DNA of 64,000 bases from Okamejei kenojei (lineage: Eukaryota). Shown piece by piece: positions 27,083-38,725 of the stretch. The notes under the pieces are model-generated. The model had not been told where the DNA came from and made no database searches. It was given only the letters and a program-made list of their open reading frames with translations. The position numbers and the translations under genes were made by a program. The stretch's first letter is position 1. Every line of letters starts with the position of its first letter. Where the stretch lies: assembly GCA_035221665.1 (NCBI GenBank), contig JAVHYY010000112.1, positions 434,001 through 498,000 of the forward strand, given 5' to 3'.

Positions 27083-27655
27083 GAAACACAATGGCACAGC
27101 GGTAGAACTGTTCCCTTATGGCTCCAGAGACCTGGGTTAACTTTAGGCTGTGCACAGCCTAACTCCGGGCGCGGTCTGTCCGAAGTATACGCATTCTCCG
27201 TGTGGCCGCATGGGTTTCCTCCGGGTGATCCAGTTTCTTCCCACACTTCATGAGGGAGGGGAAAGAACAATGAACAATGGAGGACCTGGCGTGGGATAAC
27301 GTGGGAGGGGGGTAGTGAACAAGGGGGGACCCAGAGAGGGGGAGGGGGAAGATCAAAGGAGGATCCGGCGGGAGTACATTGTAATTTCGTCAGCGCCGTA
27401 TGTGGCTTTTATTTGTATACCCTCGGTATATGAGCAAGAATTTCACTATATCTGGTCAAATGTGACAATAAAGCATTCCATTCCATCCAATTCCATTCCA
27501 TTACAATGTATTCCAAAGATGTACACGTTCGTAGATTAATTGTTTTCAGTAAATTTGAAAAAGTCCCAAGTGTGTAGGATAGTGTAAGTGTGGGAGGTGA
27601 TCGCTGGGTACGACCTTGCATGGCAGAAGGGCCTATTTCTATACTCTTTCTCTAA
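27083..27655 (+). mobile_element. tRNA-derived V-SINE (HE1/MER6-like), interrupted by a G-rich element with Rex1-like tail (~27252-27505)
   Basis: A-box-like GGCACAGCGGTAGA and V-domain GGGTTTCCTCCGGGTGATCCAGTTTCTTCCCACAC. The insert ends in gaatttcact...tgtgacaataaa(CATTC)n. Confidence 0.6.
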
Positions 27656-28344
27656 CGTCTCTGTGCAGTAGGTCAGTGTGGAAGTAATGGCACTGACAGA
27701 ACTTGAACAGATTGGCAGCGTTAGATAGATGAGATGTCACAGAGATCAGAGTTTGGGGCCAGCTGTTTCAACCACGCATCCGTTATTTAGCGTCCCTGTG
27801 CACAAACAGCGGAGGTCTTCTTCTTGCGTATGGCGTGCACAGCCTAAAGTTGTCGGACAACCTGTTATATTTGATCTTACTTGATTGCGCACGACAGGTT
27901 GATTGCATTCGATGGCAAACCACGTGAAGGTTGCAATCTCTCACCCCAACAACGGAGGTGTTGGTATGTTTGTCCAGAGAAGGACATTGAGATGCTTCAG
28001 CGGCGCACATAAGCTGAATGGGTGTGGATGGTTATTGGCGATGCAGGATTGGGTGGGAAATGTGACCTTTTTCATTATGGTGCAAAAATAACACATTTAG
28101 ACGATGAGGAATTTAGTTATGTTAGAGGTCAAAGGGCAATTGATGTTCGTGTTCGTGTCATAGCTCGCAACCGTGCTGAGCAGCATGTTGCATTGACCTT
28201 TCTAACGTTAGGCCTGGACTACTGGGTTCAGATGTTTTACTGCCGTTAATAATGATTCTGATGAGAAGTCTCGAGGATTGGTCTGCATTGTGCTGCTCGC
28301 CATGCGTTTTATGTTTAACCCAATGTCATACTGCGGATCGAAGA

Positions 28345-29990
28345 ACGACACACACATCTTCCAATAACTCAGCGGGTCAGACAGCATCTCTGTAAAAAAA
28401 TGAATAGGATACGTTCCTGGTCGAGTCCCTTCTTCAGACTGGACAGTCAGGGGAAATGGAAACGAGATATGCAGGTGGGGATGATGGGAGATATGGAATA
28501 GATGAATGAAATAATTACGTGATTAGGCATTGATTAAAAAGGGATCAGGTCTTATCCATCAGTCACTGGAAGATGAGGACAAATATTTTCCAGCAGAGAG
28601 TTGTGAATGTGTGGAAATGTCAGTCACATCAGGGAGTGGAGGCCAATTCACTAGCTGTTTTCCAGAGAGAGCTTTTATTCTGCTCTCATAGCTAAAAGGA
28701 ATCAAGGGATATGGGGAAAAGGCAGTAACGGGATACCGATTTTAGATCACCTGCAGTCATCATATTGAATGGCGGTTCGGGCGCGAAGTGCAGAATCGCA
28801 TACTCCGCAAGCCTATTTTTTTTATGTTTCTTTATTTCTAAGATATGAAAAAAACTAACAATAATAACGAAGAAAGATCATTGTTAGCTATTCCTTTGGT
28901 TTGAACGAGTTATACACAAAGAGTCTGAAGAACATGACTTGGAATCTACTNNNNNNNNNNNNNNNNNNNNNNNNNNNNNNNNNNNNNNNNNNNNNNNNNN
29001 NNNNNNNNNNNNNNNNNNNNNNNNNNNNNNNNNNNNNNNNNNNNNNNNNNNNNNNNNNNNNNNNNNNNNNNNNNNNNNNNNNNNNNNTAGATAAATCTAT
29101 ATTCTTAACACTGGTTTGAAAACTGTCCAAGCGAAATATGAGTTGTTGTTCCTCGAATTTGTGTTTGGTTTCGATCTGACAATGGAGCAGGCATCGGAGC
29201 CAAAGGTCAGTGTGGAAATGGGAAGGGGAATGAACGTAATTGGCAACCGGGGCATGAGGCATGTCCATGCGGACTGAGCTAAGGTTGTCAGCGAACCGAT
29301 CGAAGAGGCTGCGCTTGGTATCGCCGATATCAACATTCTTGCTATTTTGGGAGTGCAGCGTAGGTTCACAAGGTTCATTATTATCGGACAGGACATGAGT
29401 CCTGAGTTTAGGAGGGAACTTTGTCTACGGAATACGAATATGGTTGGAGATGGGAAGATATGGCTCGTGATAGGATCCCGTTGGAGGTTGCGGAAATGTC
29501 GGAGGATTAGGTGCTGTGTGCGATGGGTGATAGGGTGAAAGGTGAGGAAAGGGGGACATTGCCCCTGTTGCGCCTGGGGGAGGGAAGCAAGAGTGTAATT
29601 GCGGGATAACGAGACGACGCTAATTAGAGACTCCTTTATTGAAGAGGTGAACCCCGGACGCTAAAGAACGAGAAAAAATTCAGATGTCCTGGCATGGAAC
29701 ACTTTATCTTGGGGACACATGCGGCATAGACGGAAGAATTGGGAGTAGGGGATAGAGTCTTTACAGGAGGCAGGGAGGGACGAAATGTCGTATGAATAGA
29801 CGTGGGAGACAGTAGGTATATAGTGGATGTCCATCTATAGTCTATATCCTACGATGGTAAGATTAAGAAACGGTAACGAGAAATTGGAGATGGTCCAAAT
29901 GAATTTGAGTGCGGGATGGAAATTAGTTGTGACGTTTTTGAAGCACGGGAGTTCTCCACACGTGCAGGAGGTAGCCGCGAAGCAGTCGCG
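28345..29990 (-). mobile_element. Degenerate Penelope-like element with nested CR1 3' fragment (~28510-28840), spanning a gap
   Basis: KHKFEEQQLIFRLDSFQTSVKNID endonuclease tail, degenerate RT sequence and pLTR with CTGAAGAAGGGACTCGACC near 28420-28438. Confidence 0.65.
28951..29087. other. Assembly gap (N run)
   Basis: Run of Ns. Confidence 1.
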
Positions 29991-31576
29991 ACGTTTGAGG
30001 TGTTAGCCCTTCTCCCCTCTCAATTGCTATTATAGATTCAAAGCAGCAAGTGAACGTGACTGAACGGGTTCCCGTCTGATTTACATCAATCGTTACACGT
30101 CAATCAGCACTTAAAATTAAATCAACCAATACAATCATGAAGACTGATCAACGCCCATTCATTGTACTGCAATAGTGAAAGGACCACTCGGAGAGCAATT
30201 TAAGATATTTGGTCTTGAGAAGACTTCAGTCTTTAATGTCAAAGAGAACATCGAACAAGTCAATTCGAATCGATATTTAAATGAAACGTCAACGATTCCG
30301 GGAAAACTCCATAATTTCCATTAAGAGCTGTACATTCGCTTTCTTCTGTCACTGCGTGTTTCCAAGCAATTGCCTGCAACTTCCTGAGATAACGAGATTG
30401 ATCACCATATAAATATTACCTTAAATATTTCACATTTCCTTGATTGACACAGGAGAAAAAGTCACATATATCTCTCTATGGCTTTTAATTGCAATGTAAT
30501 ATGAGTTCTGCGAGATGTTTAATAGGACCTTGCATAGCGTGTCAAAACGAACGAACAATTAATCTGGAAAATATTCGGCGAAAGAGACCAATTCCTTCCC
30601 GAAGTCCCGGTTTAATGTAAATCGGCATCTCCTGGAGCACATTTGATAATGATGCAGGAATTAACAAGAAAATATAACTACATTATTCACTAGAACAATT
30701 TTCTGGGGAGGGCGGGGGGGGGGGGGGGGGTGGGGAGCGGCGGGATTGTTTTATATTGTGAATTTTGCACAGTACAATGTTAACATATCTGTTGTGGCGC
30801 TGCGGGTAAGTTTTTCATTGCTCTATTTTCGAACAGAGGATTATAACACACTCCTGACTCTTGCAAGATAACTCGGCCTGTGTCACTGGTAAAAGGCTGA
30901 CAATGCCTCACACGTGTTATGTGCATGTCGTGAGGCTCCACATTTTGTTCCTGAATTTGAATGCTCAGATTTGACGTATAATATTGTAAAATATTTGATG
31001 AATGAGTTATATAACCAGACAGCATCCATTCCTTTATAACTAGTTTAATGTAATCCGAAAGCGCCTCTAAATGTTCTATTGAAATGGAGCACATAGAATA
31101 CAATGAAGCTCCCGTTTAGCTAAATGCAGTAGCTGGAATGTGGGAGACGCACTCTATTCCCACTGTCATCAAGTAAATTTGTGACTTGGGCACCCACATG
31201 AGTGCTTCGAAGAATTAAAATGAGAAGGGCGTGGATCTTATCGGGAACTTAGAGCTTTAGGCATTTAGAGGCTAATGGGGTGGCCGCTGGATTGAAAGGA
31301 AATCAGGGATGTCGCGGAATTTTTCAAGTGGAGATACTTGACGCCCGCTCCAGTAGAAGTTAACATCGGGTTCCCGACGACCGCCTGAGAGCAATATGGA
31401 AACGGGCGGAGTTAATTTCAAAGGGCAGGGCCGACTGTTTAGGAAGCATGTTTATGTTAGCTGACTATGAAAGGCATTTTTGAAACGTTTTGGAAAAATA
31501 GATGTGATTCTCGTTCAATGCTCCCTCTTCATCAGAGATCCATAAAGTCACAATCGGGCAGAGTAGTTACCTGATG

Positions 31577-33353
31577 TCATTTTAAACAGGTTTTGCGAAG
31601 TTTCACTAACTTTCTAATTAGCGCGACGCAGCATTGAAGTGCGTGAAGGAGCTGCTCTCTGAACTTCGCCTGGGTGACGGTGTAAATCAGTGTGTTTATA
31701 CAGGTGTTCAGCAGCTGCAGCCGAACTCCAGTTTTTTCGAATGTCGCTAATGGGTTAGTGAAACCTCTACTCCAAATTACATTGACACATGGATAGTACA
31801 CAAAATGAGATACAGTTGTGACCCAGAGCAGGATAAAGCTGCTGGAGATTGCAAAGAGTAATATTATGGACGGTCCACGGCTTTCCGTCTCAGGGTCTCC
31901 ACGACTGAGATCCGATTTGCCATTACAATAGATCTCGCCGTGTGCGCATTAAACAACAAGATCAAACAGAATGGAATCACTGGGGTCAACAGCCGCTCGG
32001 TCCAAGAAAATGCGATCCATGAGGGCAGGACATAGAAGTCCGATCGGATTCCGCAGACCCACAGTAAACCTTACGGAAACAATTATAAGCGAAAGGCCAG
32101 GGAGCGTTCTGTAAACAGAAGAAGGTACATAGGGTCCCAATAATCACCGCCGCATTTCTGTCGGTGCAGTACCTGGATCTCAGATTCTGCTTGGATATGG
32201 CCACGAAACTATCAAATGTGAAAGCGACCGTGAACCAAACGGAACAGTCTACGGCCGCGGCGGACAGGAATAGAATAAACGTGCACACAGGAGTAAAGAA
32301 CAGGATTGTGTTCCACCAATAAAGAACGGCAATTTGATTTGAAATCACTTCGCAGACAATCACGGAGAGGTCCGTCGTCGCCATAGCCACCAGGTAACGT
32401 GTGATGCATTTGGAGAGATCGCACTTTCCTCGGGTCAGGACCACAATGGCCAGTAGATTCATTGGGGGAGTAAGAAAGAAGCAATGGTGATTATGTGGAC
32501 AGTACTGCGAGTTGAGTGAATGTTGGACATATATTGTTATTTTGCTCGCTTTCCTAAAATTGTGAAATGGACGGAGATTTCCTTTGGTTTGAATGTAATC
32601 CCTGATATTATGCTCACGACAAACATTCCACCTAACAGTCAATTAATCAACTGAGAAACAGTTTTAACGGAAGTGTAGTGAATAACACGACTAAAGTTAG
32701 TGTTAATTGGGTGCATCTTTCGGATCAGCATTGGCATCTTGGTTTGCAACATTTGCAGGGACGGTGTACAGTGGAGTCTGAAGAACGGTTTCGGCCCGAA
32801 ACGTTGCCTATTTCCTTCGCTCCAAAGATGCTGCTGCACCAGCTGAGTTTCTCCAACATTTTAGTTTAGAGTGGAGATTACCTGCATGCGATGCGATGGT
32901 CGTTGAATAAAGTCGACAATTAAAATGAACGAAATTTAAAGCCATAAAAAGGAGATCATGTGGAAACAAAAATAGATGCGGGTAATGCAATCGCCCGGGG
33001 TATAAGCACATACAGCCTTTCCAGCTCAACCTACTTTGGCTGTTCCTTCACTTAACAATATTGCAAGGATCATTCTCTACCAGACCCAGTAAACGGCAAA
33101 CGGTGAAATGCATTAAAACCATAGAATAACTACATTATCTTCTGGTTATTCCCCAAACCCCATTCCCTGAATACAGCCGAGTATCTAATACATGTTGTCA
33201 CATTATTTTAACTTTATCTTCAACATTACCGCTTCCCAAACAAATGTCGTCACGGTTATCCCACATTCAAACATCAAGTGGCATACCGGGTACTACAATT
33301 GATGCCAGGGTTGGGTAATAATAATATTCAACCGACATATGCATCCGAACCAT
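31577..33353 (-). pseudogene. GPR139/GPR142-like GPCR pseudogene, copy 4 (paralog of copy 3)
   Basis: Exon 1 is 33353-33287 (MVRMHMSVEYYYYPTLASIVVP). The exon 2 acceptor is mutated AG>AA at 32462, DRF becomes DSF, and there is a frameshifting deletion in ECL2 (~32060-32080) and a further deletion in ICL3 (~31912). The C-terminal part is ORF 31577-31801. Confidence 0.85.
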
Positions 33354-33879
33354 TTCTCCTTCAAAGCGACCACGGAAATGCAGTAGAACGCTTACAGACG
33401 CCATAGTAGGAGGTTAAACCGCTTGACATTTATAAACCAAGAAGAAGATTAACGAGTTATTGAGATTACCTCCCTGTGGACATTCATCACGGATTTTGCT
33501 CCGGTGTGATGTCATACGACAACAACCACGAAGGTGGCGTTCACTACACATGCACCAATTGTGCACGTACAGAACAAACAAACTGTAAAGTAGGATTGCG
33601 AATATTATTGCCAAATTTAAATATGTTCCACGGGGTTGCAGCTGCAGAATGGTCCGACAGAAATATTAGTCAAAAACACACGATCCAAGGAGGGACTGCA
33701 GATGCTGCTATGAACGGAAGGTAGACAGAAAAAAGCTGGACTAACTCAGCGGGACCGACGGCATCTTTGGAGAGAAGGAATGAGTGGCGGTTCGGGTCGA
33801 GACGTTCTTCACTCTTAAGAAGGTTCTCGAACCGAAACGCCACTCCAGCTTTTTCTGTCTATCGTGTGTTAATTTGAAG

Positions 33880-34292
33880 AACTTGAACTACAGTTCCCAG
33901 ACACAAACCCAATCCCTTAACATTCACCCATTATCAATTTCGTCCCAATCGTTTCCAGTGGGCTCTGTTGAAACGTCAATTAGAAATGTTCTTGTGAGTG
34001 TTCTTATTTACATTCTTCAGGGTGAAATAGCAGGGGGAAACCTATGATCTCTGGTCCTCGATGCAACTACTCTAGAAAGAGACTCTGCATCTTCCCGATC
34101 TTATTTTCTATACTTTGTACGTCTCAATAAGAACAGCCCTCATCCTCCTGCACTCCATGGAATAGAGACCCAGCCTACAGAATCTCCCCTCATAGCTCAC
34201 ACCCTCTCGTCTTGGAAACATGCTCATCAATATTTTCTGAACCCTTTCAAGCTTGACAATATGTTTCCTATAACATGGTGCCCAGAACATAA
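33880..34292 (-). mobile_element. CR1 LINE 3' fragment
   Basis: ORF 34108-34290 contains FWAPCYRKHIVKLERVQK...LGLYSMECRRMRAVLIETYK. Confidence 0.75.
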
Positions 34293-34304
34293 CAAAAATA
34301 TTAG

Positions 34305-35170
34305 TGTGTTGGAACTGATTGTTGGTCTACACTGTAATTGAACTGAATTGTTAGTCTGCACTGTGCCGGTATAGAATTGTAGGTCTGCACTTTGCTTGAA
34401 CTGAATTGTTGGTCAGCCCTACTATATTTGAACTGAATTGTTGGTCTGCACTGTGCTTGAACTTACTTGTTGGTCTGCACTGTGCCTGAACTAAATTGTC
34501 TGTCTTCACTGTGCTTGAACTGAATTGTTGGTCTGCAATGTGCTTGAACGGAAATGTTGGTCAGCACTACTGTACTTGAACTGAATTGTCGGTCTGCACT
34601 GTGCTTGAACACATTTATTAGTCTGCACTGTGCTTGAACAGAATTGTTGGTCTGCACTGTGCTTGAACTGAATTGATGGTCTGCAGTGTGCTTGAACTGA
34701 ATTGTTGGACTGCACCGTGCTTAAAATGAATTGTTGGTCTGCACTGTGCTTGAAATTACATGCTGGTCTGCACTGTGCTTGAACTGAGTTATCGGTCTAC
34801 ACTGTGGTTGAACTGAATTGTTGGTCTGCTCTGTGCTTGAACGGAATTGTTGGTCTGCACTGTGCTTAAACGGAAATCTTGGTTTACAATGTGCTTAAAC
34901 TGAATTGATTGTCTGCACTGTGCTTGAACTGAATTGACGGTCTTCACTACTTTCCTTGAATTGAATTGTTGGTCTGCACTGTGCGAGAACTAAATTATTG
35001 GTCTGCACTGTGCTTCAACCGAATTGTTGGGCTGCAAAATTATTGAAATCAGATGTTGGTCTGCACTGTGCTTAAACATAAGTGTTGGTCTGCTCTGTGC
35101 TTGAACTCAATTGTTGGTCTGCACTGTGCTTGAACTGATTTATCGTTCTGCACTGTGCTTGAACTGAAAT
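34305..35170. repeat. 29-bp minisatellite, ~30 copies, consensus GCACTGTGCTTGAACTGAATTGTTGGTCT
   Basis: Direct head-to-tail tandem units with point variants and no unique spacers. Each consensus unit contains CACTGTG. Confidence 0.95.
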
Positions 35171-36935
35171 GCCTTCACTGACCGGTTGCTGGCAATTCAG
35201 AACAAATTGACCTCATACAGTCGGCCAAAGCCCAGCCATGATTTGTCTTAGTGGATTCCTTACAGCGTTTTAAATTTGCATCAATATTCGAGCATCTGTA
35301 GTCTATTGCATCTCAGCGATTTGCAAGATGTATTGATTCATTTATTGTTGGTTTAGTTAACTTTCCTTGTGTGAATTATACTCGTTTTACCGTTTTAATT
35401 TTGTATTCACTGCAACAGATGCGAAACATGTTTTAAATATGGTCCAAATCTAGCACGTGCACTCAAATGGTCAAGCAGAACCTTCTAAAGGAAGGACGGA
35501 TGGAGGAATTTGCATGTAATGTCGGATATTCTGGAGATGGTCAGCTGGTCCCGGGGCATTTGCCTAATAAAATGTAATCATGTATGTTGATTTCCTCTCA
35601 GGATTTCGCATTTCGATAAAATACCTCAGTTCAGAATCGCTCCATTGAAGCCTCACGTCTTTCCACTGTTTCATTATATACTTGCGTGTCACACAGACGT
35701 CCCTTCTACGCTTTCCATTGTACGACACGTCGCCTTTTAATGGCGTGAGAGGATCAGTGCGCAAAACGTAAAGAGTTGCCTGCATGTCTGTTTACAATTC
35801 TGGCATAACTTCTTTGTACTTTGCTTCTGTACTGTGGGCCCTTTAGCAGAAGTGATTTCAACAACCATTCGCTACTAGCCGCATCATGGCATACCACAGC
35901 GGAAGACAAAATACTTACTGACGGTGTAAATTTTATTGGGGGTTCTCATTCCCTGTACGTTTACGTACCTACCGTGCCTTCCGATGCCTGCGTTCGATAT
36001 GCATGTTCACGCACTTCCACCAAACTCCCATCTAAGTTGTTGCTGTCAGACGTGGTCGTGCCGTCCGAGCTACCGACGAAATACCATTCTGCCTTTCTAA
36101 GGACCATTTGGGACGACGAGTAAGCATACTCTGCCGTACTTGTTTGCTTACCGTCCGTTGTCAGCTCCCAATCGAATCTCGATTGTACCCCTCTGGGCTG
36201 TTTCAGTCGCATGTTGGAGGCTTATAATTGTTATTCAATATGATCAAAATAACTGGCTACAGTGATTATCTTACCGTCGTTGTATTGTTAGATTAGAATT
36301 CCAAATGTAGTACAAATGGTTGAGTGAATTATCCAGCATTATAATCATAAAACAAATGTATACTCTTTAATAAAACGATAACATAAATACTTAGTACAGT
36401 AAAGAACCAACTGCCTCAACCTCTCCTTCGGTAAGACCATCGTTTTTTTTAATTGTCTGCTCTGATCAGTCTCTGTTTCAAGAAAACAGCCACCCCAGTG
36501 GATACAGGAAAGCATTATGTTCACAATAAGCAGTGAATAAACGCTGAGTTTGACAGCAAGACCAAGAACATGGTTAACTTAGAAGCATCTACATTATTTT
36601 TTTTCCTACGGCCTCCTTTCTGTTTCTCACGCGAGACATAGTTTAAGATGTATTTATTCCCTCATTGCACCAACGTTTCTTTTTTGTGAAGTAGTGGGTC
36701 TCCTAAATGAACGAGTTTTGTCGTCAATTTACTTTCAATGGAGAAGTGGTTTCTCCAGGTATCTAACCGAAAGCAGGCAGTCACTACGGGCAATAGACAG
36801 TAAAGACACTGTGTGAATTCTTCTCTGACTGCGTCTCCTACCCGCACACAAGCTGTGAATTACGCGGCAGCTGCCCAAGCCACAATGAACGACATCCATC
36901 CACGAGATAGCAGCTGTGCGCTTGAAATTCTCACC

Positions 36936-36974
36936 AGTTATTGTACGAGTATATAAACCATTCTCATCACTGTG
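36936..36974 (-). promoter_or_regulatory. V(D)J recombination signal sequence with 23-bp spacer
   Basis: Minus strand: CACAGTG (36974-36968), 23 nt (atgagaatggtttatatactcgt), then ACAATAACT (36944-36936; 7/9 match to ACAAAAACC). It directly follows the codons for YYCAVD. Confidence 0.92.
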
Positions 36975-37884
36975 ATCTACTGCGCAGTAATAAACTGCCG
37001 TATCAGTCAGACGCAGTTCAGAGATTGTCAATCGATATTTTTTCTCCGACTGCTGGACTGAGTCCGAAAAACGATTTCGAGCGAATTCAGCCTTCAGCTC
37101 AGAGCCACCGTTTGTGTATCGCCGGACCGCAAACTCGGGCTGCCCGCCAGGATACTGACGATACCAGTATAAGTAATAATTATCCTTAGAATAGACACAT
37201 GTGAAAGTGGCGCTTTGACCCTCTGTATGTGTGAGCGGACCCTCCTCTTGGGTGACGGAATCAGAATAAACCAGACCTGGAACACATTAAAGCGAGTGAA
37301 GAATTGATGATACCAAGTGAACACAAACTACATTGGGAATACGTAGCGACTCCTCAACAACATTAGGCAGCAATAAAGCACGCTATTCCTGTCGTAGCAA
37401 ATTGAGTTTGACCGTCTGGAAATCCTACATAAATATTCACTATTACCAAAACCAATGCCAATGTTGTTCATCTGAATGTAAGTTGTATGACCGCTCTTCA
37501 CTGGAACATGTTTGTATGTTTTGTAATATACTGTCTGATGTACTTTCATTGGTAACATCGTTTTTATTCCTCTGTATCAATTGTAAATGCATCATTCATC
37601 TATTATGTGACAGTTCTTCAGTAGTACGAACGTTTTCTGTGTCCTCTGTATCAAACTATTTAATTAAACTATTAGTTCCCATTTCTTAATGGGGTTGAGA
37701 CAATACAGGATGTCAAATTTATATAACAAATGAATGACCAAACCGTTCGATGTTGCTTTGAAATTAACTCCTTGGATCTTCATGCAGTCAGGCCCTTGCT
37801 CTGGAAATGCAACTGTTTAGAGAAATCGCTCTTCTTACCGACTACGAATGTAACCCACGCCGCCGCATGTAGCAGGAGTCGCAT
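36975..37884 (-). CDS. T-cell receptor alpha/delta-type variable gene segment (germline, apparently functional)
   Basis: Leader exon 37884-37839 (MRLLLHAAAWVTFVV+G), donor GTAAGA, 562-bp intron and acceptor ttccAG. V exon 37276-36975 is open: GLVYSDSVTQEEGPLTHTEGQSATFTCVYSKDNYYLYWYRQYPGGQPEFAVRRYTNGGSELKAEFARNRFSDSVQQSEKKYRLTISELRLTDTAVYYCAVD. It has the conserved Cys, WYRQ and DxAxYYC, followed by a 23-RSS. Alpha/delta assignment is by recognition, not a search. Confidence 0.88.
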
Positions 37885-37976
37885 GTTCGATGACCCTGGT
37901 TGCAAGAAATCTGGATGTCTGAGATACCAGCAGAGCGTCCGTCTGACAGCACTGCAAGCACTGACTGACGCTGGCA

Positions 37977-37990
37977 TGACGTCACTTCCT
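37977..37990 (-). promoter_or_regulatory. Overlapping ETS-CRE motif AGGAAGTGACGTCA, candidate TCR V promoter
   Basis: Perfect CRE palindrome TGACGTCA overlapped by ETS core GGAAGT, ~93 bp upstream of the leader ATG. CRE and ETS sites are established elements of TCR V promoters. Confidence 0.7.
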
Positions 37991-38489
37991 ACAGAAAACA
38001 CATCAAAGAGAGCGAGCGATGCGGAGTTCGTCGTCACTCTCCTAAGTAACGAAACGTGTTTATTGCAGAGAACTCAGCCCTCAACGTGGATGTGTTTTGA
38101 TACATGAAAATGAAAGAGAAGACAATTGTTTGAATGCTATCCTACCGATAAATCAGTGATACTACTCCTACGAGTCAATGTTGAATCTGCATTACACCAG
38201 AGTCGAATTAACTTCTACTAACCTGGAGCAGGTCAGCTCCAGATGACATGATTGAGGACGTGAACAATTAATAACCGGGTAGACAAATTGAGAAATACCA
38301 TGATGAATCCTTCAATACCCCCTGAGAGAGTACATTCTTGGATTCCCACTATCCGGCCACTCAGTGGACAAACCAAATTAGTAGTGTTAAAAGGAGCCTC
38401 ACTATGGTTTTACTTTTAGTAAAAGAGGGAATAATTACTCCTCTTTGTAAGAATTAGTGTTTATCACGGTTTCCGCTTTAGTAAAAGCA

Positions 38490-38725
38490 TTTAGTTTCAG
38501 TTTAGTTTAGTGACACTGCGCGGAAACACGCCCATCGAACCACCCAGTCCACGCCTACCAACGATCCCCGCAGATAAACACTATCCTACACACGATTGGG
38601 ACAATTAACATTTACAGCAAGCCAATTAACCTGCAGACTGGTACGTCTTTGGAGTGTGGGAGGAAATCGAAGACCTCGGAGTAACCCCCACGCAGCTCAC
38701 GGGGTCCGTACGGACAGCACACGTG
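38490..38725 (-). mobile_element. V-SINE-like fragment with (TTTAG)n tail
   Basis: Contains gtctttggagtgtgggaggaaatcg...cccacgca, the reverse complement of the V-domain seen at ~27210, plus a tttagtttcagtttag tail. Confidence 0.6.

Noticed and set aside
34305-35170. CRISPR-like array of ~29-bp repeats
   Set aside because: Units are head-to-tail with no unique spacers, there are no cas genes, and the context is eukaryotic.
36807-36813. Extra CACTGTG near the V as a D or J RSS
   Set aside because: No nonamer at 12 or 23 bp and no FGxG J motif.
36975-37276. NAR-TCR supporting V-delta (leaderless) interpretation
   Set aside because: The segment has its own leader and promoter motif and no extra CDR1 cysteine, and I found no upstream IgNAR-like V-D-J.
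37420-37471. Alternative leader exon for the TCR V (MNNIGIGF... or TTLALVLVIVNIY)
   Set aside because: The ATG frame is not hydrophobic and the hydrophobic frame lacks a start and the right phase. The 37884-37839 exon fits much better.
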